A stretch of DNA of 64,000 nt, from NCBI RefSeq assembly GCF_009914755.1, contig NC_060943.1, one strand, 5' to 3'. The position numbers and the translations under genes were made by a program. Every line of letters begins with the position of its first letter. The stretch's first letter is position 1. The notes below the pieces were generated by a model. It saw only the letters and a program-made list of their open reading frames with translations, was not told the origin of the DNA and ran no database searches. Below are positions 59,943 to 64,000 of the stretch, one piece after another. This DNA is from the human T2T-CHM13v2.0 reference genome, Homo sapiens.

Positions 59943-60031
59943 GGTCCAAGACGCGGAAGATCCCATACCCCACCAAGAACCCCTTCACGTGGCTCTTCCT
60001 GCTGGTGTCCTGCCCCAACTACACCTACGAG
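59943..60031 (+). CDS. TECR: TECR exon 11
   Basis: SKTRKIPYPTKNPFTWLFLLVSCPNYTYE (steroid 5-alpha-reductase-family PNY motif); 89 nt. Confidence 0.97.
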
Positions 60032-60358
60032 GTGAGGGGCTGCCTTACCCCTCTCTGCCCTGGGACTTGGGGTCCCATGTGGAGGGACCAGCCCCTAGGA
60101 AGGGGCGCCTGGCTGGGCAGCTGCTTTTGCCGCCTGCACTGCGAGCATTGGGAGGTGGAGACCGCGGCCTCTCTGCTGTGGTGGCGGGGAGGCGTGTGCC
60201 GCTGGGCTTCCGCCGTATACAGCCCCGCCTCCGCTGGAATTGGGTTCCCATCCCTGACTCAGAAAGCAGGGGCGGCGGGAGGTGGCTGGCTGAGTCCAGG
60301 ACAGCCACATACACGGGTTGCGAGGCTGCCCACGCTCACTCTCCGCCCCTGCCCACAG

Positions 60359-60404
60359 GTGGGGTCCTGGATCGGTTTCGCCATCATGACGCAGTGTCTC
60401 CCAG
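60359..60404 (+). CDS. TECR: TECR exon 12
   Basis: VGSWIGFAIMTQCLP; 46 nt. Confidence 0.97.
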
Positions 60405-60484
60405 GTGAGCCTGCCGCCCTCCCTCGGCGGGGCCCTGCCCCTCCGGGCCGGCAGCCCCTCCCTGACGCCCGTTCTTTCCTGCAG

Positions 60485-60612
60485 TGGCCCTGTTCTCCCT
60501 GGTGGGCTTCACCCAGATGACCATCTGGGCCAAGGGCAAGCACCGCAGCTACCTGAAGGAGTTCCGGGACTACCCGCCCCTGCGCATGCCCATCATCCCC
60601 TTCCTGCTCTGA
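60485..60612 (+). CDS. TECR: TECR exon 13 to stop (very-long-chain trans-2,3-enoyl-CoA reductase, 308 aa)
   Basis: ALFSLVGFTQMTIWAKGKHRSYLKEFRDYPPLRMPIIPFLL-TGA; exon sum 927 nt. Confidence 0.97.
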
Positions 60613-60695
60613 GCGCTCACCCCTGCTGAGGCTCAGCCCCTCAACCCGGTGGCATTCTGGGGGAGGAGTGGGGCCCACAGCTCTCCAGCACCCGG

Positions 60696-60701
60696 AATAA
60701 A
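60696..60701 (+). terminator. TECR polyadenylation signal AATAAA
   Basis: ~84 nt after the stop, followed by GU/U-rich tctgtgtgtttctttcc at ~60729. Confidence 0.9.
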
Positions 60702-60836
60702 GCCCGCCTGCCCCAGTCGGACTCGGGCTCTGTGTGTTTCTTTCCGGGGTTGGGGACCACCACACTGCCCTTCACTCTCTCCCCACTCTCGCGTCGGAGC
60801 AGTAAGAGGGGACTCTGGTTGAGGGGCCTGAAGGCT

Positions 60837-60842
60837 TTTATT
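60837..60842 (-). terminator. NDUFB7 polyadenylation signal AATAAA
   Basis: plus-strand tttatt ~32 nt beyond the stop codon. Confidence 0.9.
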
Positions 60843-60873
60843 TGACTGGTCCATAGGGTGGGGGGTGCACCCC

Positions 60874-61006
60874 CTACAGGGCCACCTTGGGGTCCACTTC
60901 CCCGGGTCCCTGGCCTTTGGCCAACTCTGCCGCCTTCTTCTCCCGCCGCTTCTTCCGCTGGAGCAGCCTCCGCTCCCGCTCAAACTCCTTCATGCGCATC
61001 ACATAG
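60874..61006 (-). CDS. NDUFB7: NDUFB7 last coding exon
   Basis: acceptor ttttcccccag|, [46 protein letters not shown]; 133 nt. Confidence 0.97.
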
Positions 61007-61505
61007 CTGGGGGAAAAGCACGAGAGGGGCTGTCAGGGTCCCTGGCCAGGACACGCCCCCCAAGCCCTGGGAAGCGGAGGGGCCGTCCCAGAGCACTGTG
61101 GGGGAGGCCTCTGAAGAAGACATGTCCGAGTGCCTGTGGCTTGGGTCTGGGGTCTGCCCACGCAGGTGGCAGGGCTTCCCACTGGAACCTGGGCTTGGCC
61201 ACTCCCCTAGGTGGCTTCAGCCACCTGCCCTGTCCCCATCAAACAGGCCCCTAGAGAGCCCTCTCTGGGACTAAGGTGGGGCCCGGCTAGAAACCTCAGT
61301 GGCAGTTCAGGTCCCTGGCCTCTGGAGCCACATCCTGCCAGGGGCCAGGGCCTGGGTGGGGTGCAGGCTGTGGGTGTTGGCGGGGGTGGGAGGGGGGCTT
61401 GGGCGGGCTGGGCATGTGGGGGGCTTGGGTGGGCCAGGGGTGTGGAAGGCTGGGGGTATGGGGTGTTGCGGGCCGGGGTGTTGGGGGCTGGTGTGGGGGT
61501 GCTCA

Positions 61506-61790
<285 letters not shown>

Positions 61791-62491
61791 TCACATCCAG
61801 ATGGCAGTGGATGGCAGATGCCTTTGACGGATGCACTGTCCTGAAGGGGCCTCCTTTTCTAATTTGCACAAAGGCAACTCCAGACACCAAGGGCCAGACA
61901 GGAGAAGGTGGCTCCCCATCACCCTGAGGCACCTCAACATCCCGTGCCGGATCCTTGCCTCCCCTCCCACAGGGATGCCCGTCCCCAGCTCTCTACAGCC
62001 CCGCTCTCCAGAGTCCGAGTTCAGAATCCACCTTCTCCCAGAGTAACCCTCAGCCCCTCCACCTGCACCTGGGGCTCCAGGCAGCACTCCCAGCCTTTCT
62101 TGTCTGCAACCCACCCAAGGCCCAGCTCTGCACTGGCCGGCGGCGTGGCCTCTCTCTCTCAGCCTCAGAACTGACCATCCGGTCATGGAAGTTACCCGAG
62201 CATCCACTGAGCTAACAGTACCTGTAAGGTACTTAGGCGTGGGCTCAGAAGACAGCTGGACTAGTATCTGGGTCCCGGTGCCCCACTCACCTAGCAAACC
62301 TGACTCCGGACAAATCAACCTTCAGGAGGGGGCCGATGGGAGCATGAGGAATCCTGGACACTCACCCCGGAGCCTGTGCCTGGCGATCCTGCACTCGTTC
62401 CCCACCGCCTCCCTCAGACCCAGCCTCCCTAGCCCTCCTGACGTCCACCACATCTTTCTCGGTCCCAGCTCCTTCCCATCTGCGCAAGTGA

Positions 62492-63923
<1,432 letters not shown>

Positions 63924-64000
63924 CTAGGAGGGAGGGAGAGAGTGAAGGATCCGGGAGGTAAGAGAAAGGCCAGGCACCATAAAGAGTCCACTGGAGTACC

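Overview
Human (primate) genomic DNA, recognisably chr19p13.12 and very Alu-dense. It holds the complete DNAJB1/Hsp40 gene (minus strand, 3 coding exons, 340 aa, TATA + heat-shock-element promoter), the complete TECR gene (plus strand, 13 coding exons, 308 aa, ~32.8-kb first intron) with the MIR639 annotation at its CpG-island promoter, and the last two exons of NDUFB7 (minus strand), whose 3' end converges on TECR. Exon boundaries were read off GT/AG sites and sum to the expected CDS lengths (1023 nt for DNAJB1, 927 nt for TECR). Most of the long ORFs in the track are Alu, microsatellite or GC-rich artefacts. The most interesting signal is just upstream of TECR exon 2: the intron end is an open, strong-Kozak 43-codon frame running directly into exon 2, it resembles the N-terminus of the cardiac paralogue TECRL, and it sits behind a perfect MEF2 site. 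This points to a muscle-type internal promoter making a ~346-aa TECR, with the splice acceptor doubling as coding sequence. Also notable: minus-strand non-coding exons from the TECR promoter that would give a J-domain-less DNAJB1, and three local Alu-plus-unique-flank duplications. I see no prokaryotic-type or wholly new gene system, and the isoforms may already be in transcript databases, which I could not check.
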